A stretch of DNA of 64,000 nt, from the NCBI GenBank assembly GCA_049322215.1, contig JBMORU010000001.1, positions 755 to 64,754 on the forward strand, read 5' to 3'. The stretch is from Patescibacteria group bacterium (GTDB taxonomy: Bacteria > Patescibacteriota > WWE3 > UBA101185 > UBA10185). A program made the position numbers and the translations under genes. Shown piece by piece: positions 19,598 to 28,837 of this stretch. Under the pieces are notes generated by a model. It had not been told where the DNA came from and made no database searches. It saw only the letters and a program-made list of their open reading frames with translations. How positions within the stretch are numbered: position 1 is the first letter of the stretch; every line of letters begins with the position of its first letter.

Positions 19598-20686
19598 TTA
19601 ACTTGCAATTGATTCAAATTCTTTTGCTAATTCTTCTTCCCCATTGTCCAGCAAATCTTTTTTCAACTGAATATCTGAAACAACATTTAAGCCGTGCATT
19701 TCTTTTTTATTGCTATAAAGTGAAGCACTATCAGAAATTAGCAAGCATAGTTGCGCATTGTTTTGATCAACTTCAGTAAGTTGAAGAGATTTCTCAAAGA
19801 AAGCGCGATCCCCGGAACGTACATATGCATGAAGTAATGAAAATGGTTTTATTGGCTTGTGCAAAGACAATCCGGCATTCATAGTAAACGCATACTCTAC
19901 AGATGCCTTAGAAGCACTTTTGTCTAATTGCTGCGCAATGTCTTTTAAACCACCTACACCACTCTTGTAGTAGTAAACACTTTTGCTAGGATCAGCAGAT
20001 TCTGTAGAATCTTGAGCTAAACCACTAACCTGCTCTGTTGGCATTGCTTGCTCAACTGGAGTGCTAGGCTGCTGCTGTGTTTGTTGAGGCTGTGCAGTTA
20101 CAGTTGCTGCTTCCACAGTTGTATTTTGTTGGCTAACAACTTGACCTTCTTGCTCGACTTTATATTTTTCGGCAGCTGCTCTAAATTTAGCTAACCAATC
20201 AACTTCAGCATCATTATCAGCTGTAGAAGATGTAGACTCTACAGGGGTAGAAACTTCTTCAGAAGGCTGTGGCTGAACGACAGGTGCAACTTCCTCTGTT
20301 ACCCTAGTAGGAATTTCAGTACTTTGCTCAACAGTTTGTGAAACTTGTTGAGACTGTTCACCAGAATCTGCAGATGCAATAGGAGCCTCAGTATCTTTTT
20401 CAGCGACAGGTGCTGAATTTTGTACTTGGGTTGATACTGGCGACGAAGCGCCTACTTCAACTTGCTGAGCAGGTTGAACTTTAGGAGAAGACTCTTTTGT
20501 ATCATTTTTTTCTGGGTATAAAAAGTCTAAAATGTTTTGTTTTGTAAATCTATGTCTGCCAGTTACAGTTTTTACTTCGGCATCAATTTTTCCCTCTTCT
20601 AAATACCTGTAAATGGATCTTAGACTTACGCCGAGTATGTCGGCAACTTCAGTAGATGTATAAAATCTGTCTTCTATTTCTATCAT
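19598..20686 (-). CDS. HTH_17 (MerR-superfamily/excisionase-like helix-turn-helix) DNA-binding protein with a long Q/P/S/E-rich linker and an uncharacterised C-terminal domain
   Basis: N-terminal YTSTEVADILGVSLRSIYRYLEEGKIDAEV is HTH-like. Residues 60-230 are a low-complexity linker. The conserved C-terminal domain is unrecognised. Confidence 0.5.
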   Translation of the reverse strand: MIEIEDRFYTSTEVADILGVSLRSIYRYLEEGKIDAEVKTVTGRHRFTKQNILDFLYPEKNDTKESSPKVQPAQQVEVGASSPVSTQVQNSAPVAEKDTEAPIASADSGEQSQQVSQTVEQSTEIPTRVTEEVAPVVQPQPSEEVSTPVESTSSTADNDAEVDWLAKFRAAAEKYKVEQEGQVVSQQNTTVEAATVTAQPQQTQQQPSTPVEQAMPTEQVSGLAQDSTESADPSKSVYYYKSGVGGLKDIAQQLDKSASKASVEYAFTMNAGLSLHKPIKPFSLLHAYVRSGDRAFFEKSLQLTEVDQNNAQLCLLISDSASLYSNKKEMHGLNVVSDIQLKKDLLDNGEEELAKEFESIAS

Positions 20687-21465
20687 ATAAACATGTTGGC
20701 ATTGATGAAATTGTTTGTCAATAAGTTATGTAAGTTGGTTAAGCTTTTTTATGAAAGAAGAAGAAAAAACAGCTTTCTTAATTACAAGACGAGAGAAAAT
20801 AACAACAGCTCAAAATATGTATTTGAAGGAAACAAGGATAACTCTTGGTAAATAATTGAAGGCATTATTTAATTCAATAGGTAGCTTAGAATCAAAAAAA
20901 ATAATTACGTATTATGTGTCCTATATACTTGTTAACATGTTTTTAAGTGACTAAAATTAGATCAATACTGCACAATCATCTTCTTCCAACTTTTCGAATA
21001 GTCGTAGCAATCACGACGTTTTTCTCATTTAATAACTTATTAGAACGACTTTAGTTCTTATTACATGGCAAAGTTGCTTTTATAAAGTAAGTACATATTT
21101 AAAGCTTTTTTTTGCTTATATAACCTACTAGAAGCGGTTTTAGTATTTAAACCACTTATGCACGTAATGCCAAGAATTGACATACTTGTAAGAATATTAT
21201 TGTGACTTTCCAACTTTAGGGGATTACTCAACATCTTTTTCTTGAAATACGACTTCTAGGCAGTACTTGCGTTACATAAAACACCTGACCAACATTAGTT
21301 ACAATTGCGATAAAAGGGTATTTTTAAAAAGATTTACGGGCAAGTTAGAGATCAAAGACACATATAACCCTAACTTTCAGTATTTGACGATTTAGAGTTT
21401 TCAAACATACATGAATCTTTAGCATATTTTTTACTGAAATAAACTCATTAGACGTAACTTTTCTG

Positions 21466-22572
21466 CTATTTTCGTCTGTTTTGATTTAACTCCGTGAAAA
21501 GTTTGTCGATTTGTAAAGCGGTATTTAACCAACTAAATGAGGCACTACGAGAATAACCCAACTCTATCAAGCTGTCCCTCAATAATGAGTTATTAAACAT
21601 CTCAGTATAAGCAACTTTTAACTCTTTCATACTTAAAGGGCTGACAAAGTAGGCAGCTTTACCTGCAATTTCTGGCATTGAGGATATGTTCGAAGTTATG
21701 ACAGGGGTGCCTATACTCATTGCTTCTAAAATTGGTAGCCCAAACCCTTCATAAGTAGATGCATAAGTAAGACATATAGACCCTGTAATTAAAGCCAACA
21801 ACTCAGCATCGCTAACAGAACCTAAGTATTTTATATTATCTCTATGAGGAGAAGAATTAATGTAATGCATTACTTCGTCAAAGCTGTTGCCTTTTCTTCC
21901 TACCAGAACGAATAAAGAATCTGTGGGTACAGTTTTATTCTTTAATACTTCCTCAAAAGCGATAAGCTGGTTAATTATATTTTTTCGAGTATTAAGCGTA
22001 CCAACATGCAACACATATTCAGAGTTTATATCATACTTATTTAATACATTACCTGTAATTTCTTCCCCTTGTTTTTTAAATAATGAGGTATTAACTCCCT
22101 CATAAATAACACTAATCGGAATATTTTTTGTATTTACCTTGCTTTTTAAATCGCTTTTAACACTTTCTGAAACTACAATTATATGGGAAGACAAACGACA
22201 AGCTGCTGTAGTCCAAAATAAACTCCCCGACATGTCGTGAACTAAGGTGACAAACTTTGTAGAAAGTCTACCTAACAATGGAGCTGTATGCCAAGGGCAA
22301 AACAAAACATCAGGAGAAAACCTAAGTAGCTCTAAAGCTAGCGATCCTTGTGTCCATGAACTGTGTTTTTTTGGAACAAATTTAAACTCAATATTCCCTT
22401 TTTTTCCAATAAGATCATTAATAAAATCGTCACTAAGTAAATTTTTGAAATATAAAATATACTTATTTTCAGTTGAAATATTGCTAAGCTCTTTAACTAA
22501 ATTGTAAAGATAATTTTCTGTACCGGTTCTATTAAATTCTGTTAATCTTGATGCATCTATACCTATACGCAT
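21466..22572 (-). CDS. Glycosyltransferase family 1 (GT4-type)
   Basis: EGFGLPILEAMSIGTPVITSNISSMPEIAG is the GT1 E-x7-E motif. Directly downstream of mreB on the same strand. Confidence 0.75.
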   Translation of the reverse strand: MRIGIDASRLTEFNRTGTENYLYNLVKELSNISTENKYILYFKNLLSDDFINDLIGKKGNIEFKFVPKKHSSWTQGSLALELLRFSPDVLFCPWHTAPLLGRLSTKFVTLVHDMSGSLFWTTAACRLSSHIIVVSESVKSDLKSKVNTKNIPISVIYEGVNTSLFKKQGEEITGNVLNKYDINSEYVLHVGTLNTRKNIINQLIAFEEVLKNKTVPTDSLFVLVGRKGNSFDEVMHYINSSPHRDNIKYLGSVSDAELLALITGSICLTYASTYEGFGLPILEAMSIGTPVITSNISSMPEIAGKAAYFVSPLSMKELKVAYTEMFNNSLLRDSLIELGYSRSASFSWLNTALQIDKLFTELNQNRRK

Positions 22573-22575
22573 ATT

Positions 22576-23595
22576 TTACTTTTTGATAACACTTTTACTG
22601 AAATAATCTAACTTTTCTACTGCTTGACTGACACCTTTAACTACGCAAAGTAATGGGTCATCTGCTAAATGCGCAGGAACCCCTATGTAATGAGTTATAT
22701 ACTTATCTAAATTCTTAAGTAAAGAAGTACCCCCGCTTAAAACAATACCTTTATCCATTATGTCAGAAGCCAACTCAGGGGGTGTACGTTCTAAAACACT
22801 CTTAATAGCGGCCGCTATCTGAGATAAAGGGGCTGCAAGTGCTTGAACTATTTCATTTGATGTAATATTAATAGTTTTTGGCAAACCACTTATAGAATCA
22901 CGCCCCTTAACATCTAAATGTAGTTCTTTTGATAAGGGAAAAGCTGCGCCTATATTTAATTTAACAAATTCGGCAGTATTTTCACCTATTAGTAGGCTGT
23001 ACTTTCTGCGAACATACTGCGAAATAGCATCGTCTAAAGCGTTACCACCAATACGAACACTCCCGGAAACTACCATACCATACAAAGAAACTACAGCAAT
23101 CTCAGTGGTACCACCACCAATATTTACTATCATGTTACCCACTGGTTCATTTATTGGCATTCCTGTACCTATAGCAGCTGCCAAAGGTTCTGGAATCAAA
23201 TAAGCATTTTTTGCACCTGCAGAATATGTTGCATCTAAAACAGCACGAGCTTCTACAGAGGTGGCACCTGCGGGGACAGAAACCATTACATCAGGCTTAA
23301 AAAAACGAGTTCGCCCTATTACTTTGTTAATAAAATAACGTAAAAGGGCTTCAGTTACTAAATAGTCAGCAATAACTCCATTTTTAAGAGGTTTTGTAGC
23401 AGTAATGCTTTCTGGAGTACGCCCTAACATTTCCCTAGCAGCTAAGCCTACTGCAACTACTTTTTCGTCATCTATTGTAACGGCAACTACGGTGGGTTCA
23501 CGTAACACAATACCTTTACCTGAAAGGTAAACCAGAGAGTTAGCAGTACCTAAATCTATAGCAATTTTCTTTGACACCATGCAGAAATTATACAT
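22576..23595 (-). CDS. mreB: Rod-shape determining protein MreB (actin homolog). The true start may be the internal Met at about 23580.
   Basis: IAIDLGTANSLVY, NGVIADY, LIPEPLAAAIGTG and VNIGGGTTEIAVVSLYG. Confidence 0.85.
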   Translation of the reverse strand: MYNFCMVSKKIAIDLGTANSLVYLSGKGIVLREPTVVAVTIDDEKVVAVGLAAREMLGRTPESITATKPLKNGVIADYLVTEALLRYFINKVIGRTRFFKPDVMVSVPAGATSVEARAVLDATYSAGAKNAYLIPEPLAAAIGTGMPINEPVGNMIVNIGGGTTEIAVVSLYGMVVSGSVRIGGNALDDAISQYVRRKYSLLIGENTAEFVKLNIGAAFPLSKELHLDVKGRDSISGLPKTINITSNEIVQALAAPLSQIAAAIKSVLERTPPELASDIMDKGIVLSGGTSLLKNLDKYITHYIGVPAHLADDPLLCVVKGVSQAVEKLDYFSKSVIKK

Positions 23596-23615
23596 TATGA
23601 TAGAATAAATTTGAT

Positions 23616-24767
23616 ATGAAACGCAGTTGGATTCAAACTATACTTACAATAGTAATTTTGCTCGGTATAACCACAGCTTTATACCTTTACACCGCAGGAT
23701 ATAGGGTAAATAGAGAGCAAGATTCTCCTATTGATATAAAAATTACCGGAATGATTGGTGCAAAATCTTTACCTGATGGGGCTAGCGTTTATGTAGATGG
23801 AAATCTAGTTACTGCAACAGACGACACAATAGCAGGACTAACACCAGGTGAATATAATTTAAGAATTGTGAAAAATGGTTTTGTTGAATGGGAAAAAACA
23901 GTTCAAGTTTTTCCAGAGTTAGTTACTGACATTACTGCTATTTTAGTGTCAAAGTCCCCACGGTTAGAACCTCTTACTAACACAGGAGCTACTTCACCAA
24001 CAATGTCACCTTCATTAACAAAACTAGCTTACTTCTCAGAGGATGAGACTTCTCCTGGAATTTGGGTAATACCTTTATCCACTGAAGGTTTAAGCCTTTT
24101 TAGGTCAAATCCGTACATTGTGTTACAAGACACACCATTCAGATTTTACTCAAGAGGAAAAAATATGACATGGTCCCCAGACGAAACAGAACTTTTAGTT
24201 GAAACCGACGGGGGTATTTTCTTTTTAGTAGATTTAACTACCAATACAGCACAAGCTTCAGCAGCACCTGATTTAATATTAGAAGAGTGGCAAAAAGAAA
24301 TTACAAAAAAAAGACAGGATTTTATAGAAGGTTTCGCAATACCTGAAGAATTAGCAAAAATTGCAATTTCCCCTGAAACTGTATGGGCACCCGATGAAAA
24401 GAAATTTTTATATAAAGTAGAAACAGATACCACAATTGAATATAAGGTATATAACATGGAAAAACCTATACCAATTGGCGAAAGAGTAGAAACCACAGTA
24501 CTTGTACTAAACAAAGACCAACCCCAACCCGAGTTAAATTGGTACTCTGATAGTTTTCACTTAGTGATGACAGAACTAGACCCTGAAAACACAACACGAG
24601 GAACAATTAGCCTAATAAGAATTGACGGAACAAACAAAACAGAAGTTTATAACAACACCCTATACAGTAATAATGTAGTAAGCTCCCCAAACGGAGACAA
24701 GCTAATAATTCTCACCTCTTTTAAATCTGGCGACCAAACAGACTTGTATACAGTAAGCATTCGCTAA
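23616..24767 (+). CDS. Membrane-anchored PEGA-domain protein with a C-terminal beta-rich (propeller-like) region
   Basis: N-terminal TM helix. ASVYVDGNLVTATDDTIAGLTPGEYNLRIVKNGFVEWEKTVQV matches the PEGA pattern. Confidence 0.5.
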   Translation: MKRSWIQTILTIVILLGITTALYLYTAGYRVNREQDSPIDIKITGMIGAKSLPDGASVYVDGNLVTATDDTIAGLTPGEYNLRIVKNGFVEWEKTVQVFPELVTDITAILVSKSPRLEPLTNTGATSPTMSPSLTKLAYFSEDETSPGIWVIPLSTEGLSLFRSNPYIVLQDTPFRFYSRGKNMTWSPDETELLVETDGGIFFLVDLTTNTAQASAAPDLILEEWQKEITKKRQDFIEGFAIPEELAKIAISPETVWAPDEKKFLYKVETDTTIEYKVYNMEKPIPIGERVETTVLVLNKDQPQPELNWYSDSFHLVMTELDPENTTRGTISLIRIDGTNKTEVYNNTLYSNNVVSSPNGDKLIILTSFKSGDQTDLYTVSIR

Positions 24768-24816
24768 ACAAATTAATACAGCGATTAAAAATACATAAAA
24801 TAAAAGGAGTACAGAC

Positions 24817-25017
24817 ATGAAAACACCAACTGGTGTGACACGTAAAAGACCCAGAATGGTTGTAGGCACTACACAAGTACAAGTGGTTGAACCAAAAGAA
24901 GCGCAGATTTCTTGCAAAGGTTGTGGTGAAACCTACAAAACAAAAGAGCGAATTGAACAAATTTTTTGCAAGCACTGTGCTACCCGATTAAGCACAAGGT
25001 GGATTACGTACTTGTAA
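24817..25017 (+). CDS. Small zinc-ribbon protein (66 aa)
   Basis: CKGCGET...CKHCATRL pair of CxxC. A good RBS AAGGAG lies 7 nt upstream of the ATG, and a hairpin follows at 25040-25065. Confidence 0.45.
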   Translation: MKTPTGVTRKRPRMVVGTTQVQVVEPKEAQISCKGCGETYKTKERIEQIFCKHCATRLSTRWITYL

Positions 25018-25067
25018 AAAAATTAAATTTAATAGGTAGATAGAAGTTTAAGGCCTCTGTCTATCTA

Positions 25068-25775
25068 TTATTCTTTTCCTTCAACTACTTCAAGTAAAGT
25101 GGCTGTAACAACAAGTCTATTTAAAGTTGTTCCTGGTGGATCACATGTTTGCAAAGTAAGAGTAGGTTCAATTACCGGGCGTGTCAAAGGATAGGTATTC
25201 CAACCTTTAAGAGTTTCCTTATTTACTACTTCATAAATATAGTCATCCCCTTCATAAAAAACATGAACTCTGTCGCCCAAATCCAACTTACGAAGCAAAT
25301 TAAACACTTTGGCATAATGACCCAATTCCCAAAAATTAATTGAAGAATGCGCAAACAAGTAAACGTTACCTGCATCTTCAGAAGGATATGGAGAAGTAAC
25401 TGCATGCGCTACACCCTCTTTAAGAGCTTCAAAGTAAGCCTCCTCATCTACAACTGAAACATCGGCTTTTACAGGAGCATTGACTCCAATTTTTTCTATA
25501 ACAACAGAAAAATCTTTATTTACAGGATCAATAGTGATTGGAGAAGTTGTTAAGAATCTGGCGAAGGGGCTATCTTCAACACCATTTGGATTATTTATTG
25601 AGATGTCTTGATTTTTTGTACTTTTCCAAAAGTACCACACTTCATCATAAATTATAGGCCCATATGCCAAAATAAGAAAAAACAAACCAAGAATAATAAG
25701 AATGTTTGGAACAATTTTGAAAAATTTGACTCTAAAAGTAGTTAAGCTCATATGTATAAATGATACTATGCCCAC
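25068..25775 (-). CDS. Sortase family transpeptidase (membrane-anchored)
   Basis: N-terminal TM helix. LTLQTCDPPG is the TLxTC active-site Cys motif. The downstream NRLVV has the Arg and LFAHSS has the His. Paralogous to the sortase at 48062-48718. Confidence 0.65.
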   Translation of the reverse strand: MGIVSFIHMSLTTFRVKFFKIVPNILIILGLFFLILAYGPIIYDEVWYFWKSTKNQDISINNPNGVEDSPFARFLTTSPITIDPVNKDFSVVIEKIGVNAPVKADVSVVDEEAYFEALKEGVAHAVTSPYPSEDAGNVYLFAHSSINFWELGHYAKVFNLLRKLDLGDRVHVFYEGDDYIYEVVNKETLKGWNTYPLTRPVIEPTLTLQTCDPPGTTLNRLVVTATLLEVVEGKE

Positions 25776-25815
25776 GCTAGACTGTGAAGAAAATCATGCT
25801 ATAAAAGTTTTTTAG

Positions 25816-25890
25816 TGGTACCCTTGGAGGGAATTGAACCCACATCTCACCCTTAGGAGGGGTGTGTTCTATCCGTTGAACTACAAGGGC
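25816..25890 (-). tRNA. tRNA-Arg (anticodon CCU)
   Basis: Hand-folded. Acceptor GCCCTTG/CAAGGGT with G1-U72 wobble. D-arm GTTC/GAAC with A20. Anticodon stem CACCC/GGGTG with loop CUCCUAA. T-arm GTGGG-TTCAATT-CCCTC with one U-U mismatch. Discriminator A and CCA are encoded. Confidence 0.8.
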
Positions 25891-25975
25891 TAAGGTCAAT
25901 ACATTATATAGTACTAAATGTAAAAAAGCATCGATAGTATACTAATTTGTTGTGATATACTTACAAAAGTTTTAT

Positions 25976-26065
25976 GGAGGAGTCGCATAGTGGTCTAGTG
26001 CGGCGGTCTTGAAAACCGCTATACCTGCAAGGGTATCGTGGGTTCGAATCCCACCTCCTCCGCCA
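25976..26065 (+). tRNA. tRNA-Ser (anticodon UGA), type II with a long variable arm
   Basis: Acceptor GGAGGAG/CTCCTCC. Anticodon stem GCGGT/ACCGC with loop CUUGAAA. Long variable arm. T-arm GTGGG-TTCGAAT-CCCAC. Discriminator G and CCA. Confidence 0.85.
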
Positions 26066-26090
26066 GTTGCTTAAATAGCTTTTTCTCATG

Positions 26091-27017
26091 CTATCCATTT
26101 ACAGTTTCAAAATTTGGACTAGTTCCAGAAGCAGTGTTTAACTGAGAAAAATCTCGTTCAATACCTTCTTTTATAGCATTCCCAAACTCGGAATATATTT
26201 GTAATTCTTCCATAGCACCACGACCTGTCATTAGAATATGAGCGCTACGTAACCTTTCTATGTTAATAGGTTTGGTAGGATCACCTCCAAGTTCTTGCGA
26301 TAATTCTCCAACAAATTTTGAAAATGAAAATGTGCCGTCGAGCCCCATTGAACCGGGTCTCTGTTTCATAAGTTGTTGCAATTCCCTTCTGAATGTTAGC
26401 TTTGCTTCCTCTCTATTAATAAATTTTGATCTCGAGAGTTCTTGTACCTGTTTTAACTCTGCCTCATTAGGTACAAAAGGTATTTCATAAGGTTCTGGTT
26501 TTATTCCAAGCACTTCCCTTAATCTTTCTGTAACTGCTTTTTCTCTAGTAAATTCTGAGGAATAGTAATGGGATGCAGTTTGTGCAGTTTTACTAATATG
26601 CTGGTTTAACTTATATTTTAATGTATTTGCACATCCCAAAAAATCAGCGCGGGCCTCAGGTGTAAGTACTGCTTGCCCATCACTAATCATTTCAGGAGTA
26701 GTTTGTTGTGCATCAATCAATACCGGTAATCCCCCCTGCTCTACGGCTTGAGGATCAAATATACCAGCTTCCAATAAGCTAAGCTCTTTATCCAAACAAC
26801 AGGATTTTGAAAACATATTCATATATTCCGCTGAACCAGGGCGACCCTCATTAATTAGATGTTCTGCAATACTTTCTGTAAGTTCCGGAGTTTTTAAGGC
26901 ACTAAACCCCGCCAAAACCTCAGCATCTCTTTTAAAAACCTCAGTTCCAATTTTTATAGCACTTTCAGACTCAAGCAATGCTTTTCCTGCTTCACCTATA
27001 ATTGATTCTATTCCCAT
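26091..27017 (-). CDS. Hypothetical protein (308 aa, no recognisable domain)
   Basis: Long ORF with coding-like composition. No motif was recognised. Confidence 0.45.
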   Translation of the reverse strand: MGIESIIGEAGKALLESESAIKIGTEVFKRDAEVLAGFSALKTPELTESIAEHLINEGRPGSAEYMNMFSKSCCLDKELSLLEAGIFDPQAVEQGGLPVLIDAQQTTPEMISDGQAVLTPEARADFLGCANTLKYKLNQHISKTAQTASHYYSSEFTREKAVTERLREVLGIKPEPYEIPFVPNEAELKQVQELSRSKFINREEAKLTFRRELQQLMKQRPGSMGLDGTFSFSKFVGELSQELGGDPTKPINIERLRSAHILMTGRGAMEELQIYSEFGNAIKEGIERDFSQLNTASGTSPNFETVNG

Positions 27018-27118
27018 ATTCTAAGTATACTAGATAACAATTTTTTTTAATAGCACTCGTATGCTATGGAAATAAATATTTTATAAGAACATCATGAGAT
27101 AGCTACAAATAACCATTT

Positions 27119-28189
27119 TTATTTATCTATTAAAATTTTATGAAGTTGTGTAACTAGAGAAACTACCATGGGAGCTGCTAACAAACTATTTGAATCTGCA
27201 CCTTCGTCATCTTTAAACATCAATGGGCGTTCTTTAATACATACTTTCTCACCTGCTTGCTCGTAATAAAACTCTGGTGTAAGTTCGTAAGGTTCTGCAT
27301 AACCTAAAGCGTCATTAACTGGCACCGCATTTCTTAACAATATTTTTGGTATATTTTGCAAAGTTCCAGCCATACTTATTAAATCACCGTCTGAAGTAAG
27401 TCTGTCCCTTATTGACTCTATACCGGCAGAGTCTCCTTCTTTTCCAACTAAACGGGCTTTTCCATAACCTTCGCAATTGGAATTGTCACATGCTAAATAA
27501 AATACGTTGTCTTCATTTGAATAAAACGCAAACTTTGTAGGTAATGTCCTGATATTTCTTGAAGTATTGCATAGTGGGCATATAACGCGACTTTTCATAC
27601 GCAATTCAATTAAAGATTCAGGGACATCTATCAAAATAAAAAAATCTGGATCATAACGGAAATTTATTAAATCTCTAAAGTAAAGTGAATAAGAAATTTG
27701 ATCAAGCTTTCTGGGCATACCATCAATAAACAATGCTTTCCGCCCTAGTTTTTCTATTTCTCTTTTTATTAACGTTAAAATAAGTTCTGTTGGAATTAAG
27801 GTTGATTGGTTTCTATTTAGCAATGCTGCTATTGCCTCATCAATAGAAATAAATCCTCTGTAGTTCTTTTTCATATAATTTCGTAAGTCATTCATTTCAG
27901 CAGGATTTTCAATTGCAGCATGTACATCGCGCACAATATCTCCAACTGAGATGTGTGCAAAGTGATCAGCACCTACAATTTCTTCAAACATTTTAGAGTA
28001 AGTACCCTTACCTGCACTTTTTTTTGCTAACATAAAACCTACAAAGGTGTTGTTTTCTAAATAGGTTTTAATATCTTCAATTTTAGTACCAAGTTTGGAA
28101 TGAAAGTATAAATGGCGATCGGCGGGATCACTTAAATTATATTCATTTCCATCAGATAAAGATTTTGTGTCAAATATTGGAAATTCCAC
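27119..28189 (-). CDS. Adenylate kinase family protein, unusually long (356 aa), with a zinc-binding LID
   Basis: AKKSAGKGTYS is P-loop-like. LFIDGMPRKLDQ matches the (F)LxDGFPR NMP-binding motif. CPLC...CDNSNCEG is a Zn LID. GKEGDSAGIESIRDRL matches the R..DD...R LID pattern. Confidence 0.5.
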   Translation of the reverse strand: MEFPIFDTKSLSDGNEYNLSDPADRHLYFHSKLGTKIEDIKTYLENNTFVGFMLAKKSAGKGTYSKMFEEIVGADHFAHISVGDIVRDVHAAIENPAEMNDLRNYMKKNYRGFISIDEAIAALLNRNQSTLIPTELILTLIKREIEKLGRKALFIDGMPRKLDQISYSLYFRDLINFRYDPDFFILIDVPESLIELRMKSRVICPLCNTSRNIRTLPTKFAFYSNEDNVFYLACDNSNCEGYGKARLVGKEGDSAGIESIRDRLTSDGDLISMAGTLQNIPKILLRNAVPVNDALGYAEPYELTPEFYYEQAGEKVCIKERPLMFKDDEGADSNSLLAAPMVVSLVTQLHKILIDK

Positions 28190-28210
28190 CGTTATATTTT
28201 AATAAATAAT

Positions 28211-28792
28211 TCAATAAGAGTATAGGTCTTCGTGAGTTCTTCTGTATTTAAGAGTTTCCTCGTTCCCAAACCATAGTTTTATTTCTTCTTTGGCTTCAGC
28301 TACTTCACCTGACGCATGAATAAGATTATAAATGGTTCTTTTTCGTCGATTAGCTCCAATTGCAGAATCTAACGAGTAATCCCCTCTTATAGTTCCAGCG
28401 GCAGCTTTTGATGGCACAGTGTGACCCACTAAGCTTCTTACACGCTCTACTGCATTTAATCCTTCAAAAACTATAGCAAGCACAGGACCTGATGTAAGAA
28501 AATCTACATTCCATTGTTTAACAATACTACCCACCTCTATTGGATCCTCTGTACCCATATTTTCCATTAGGTCTATTCCGTATTTTTCGCAGTCATCAAT
28601 TGTTCTTTCTCCTACTTTTCTTTTCCAGTCATCAGAATCAGGATAATGCTTTTGAGCAAGTGCTTCATCTGCCTGCATTAGTTTAACTGCAACCATTTTC
28701 AAGCCAACTTTTTCAAAACGAGCTAGTATTTCACCAACAATGCCTCTTTGTACAGCATCGGGTTTCATTAAAACTAAGGATTGTTCAATCAT
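28211..28792 (-). CDS. ndk: Nucleoside diphosphate kinase. The start is placed at the internal Met (MIEQSLVLMKPDAV); the ORF track starts 12 codons upstream.
   Basis: ERTLVLIKPDAVQRGIVGEI-like N-terminus and the NLIHASG histidine motif. Confidence 0.8.
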   Translation of the reverse strand: MIEQSLVLMKPDAVQRGIVGEILARFEKVGLKMVAVKLMQADEALAQKHYPDSDDWKRKVGERTIDDCEKYGIDLMENMGTEDPIEVGSIVKQWNVDFLTSGPVLAIVFEGLNAVERVRSLVGHTVPSKAAAGTIRGDYSLDSAIGANRRKRTIYNLIHASGEVAEAKEEIKLWFGNEETLKYRRTHEDLYSY

Positions 28793-28837
28793 AATAAGCA
28801 GGATAGCAAAAAGTATAAAAATAGACAACTGGCTTTG

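Noticed and set aside
18791-21465. Possibility that the AT-rich ORF-free regions flanking the HTH gene are a chromosomal origin of replication or a CRISPR array
   Set aside because: No DnaA boxes (TTATCCACA-like) and no dnaA/dnaN nearby. No regularly spaced direct repeats or spacers. No cas genes anywhere in the window.
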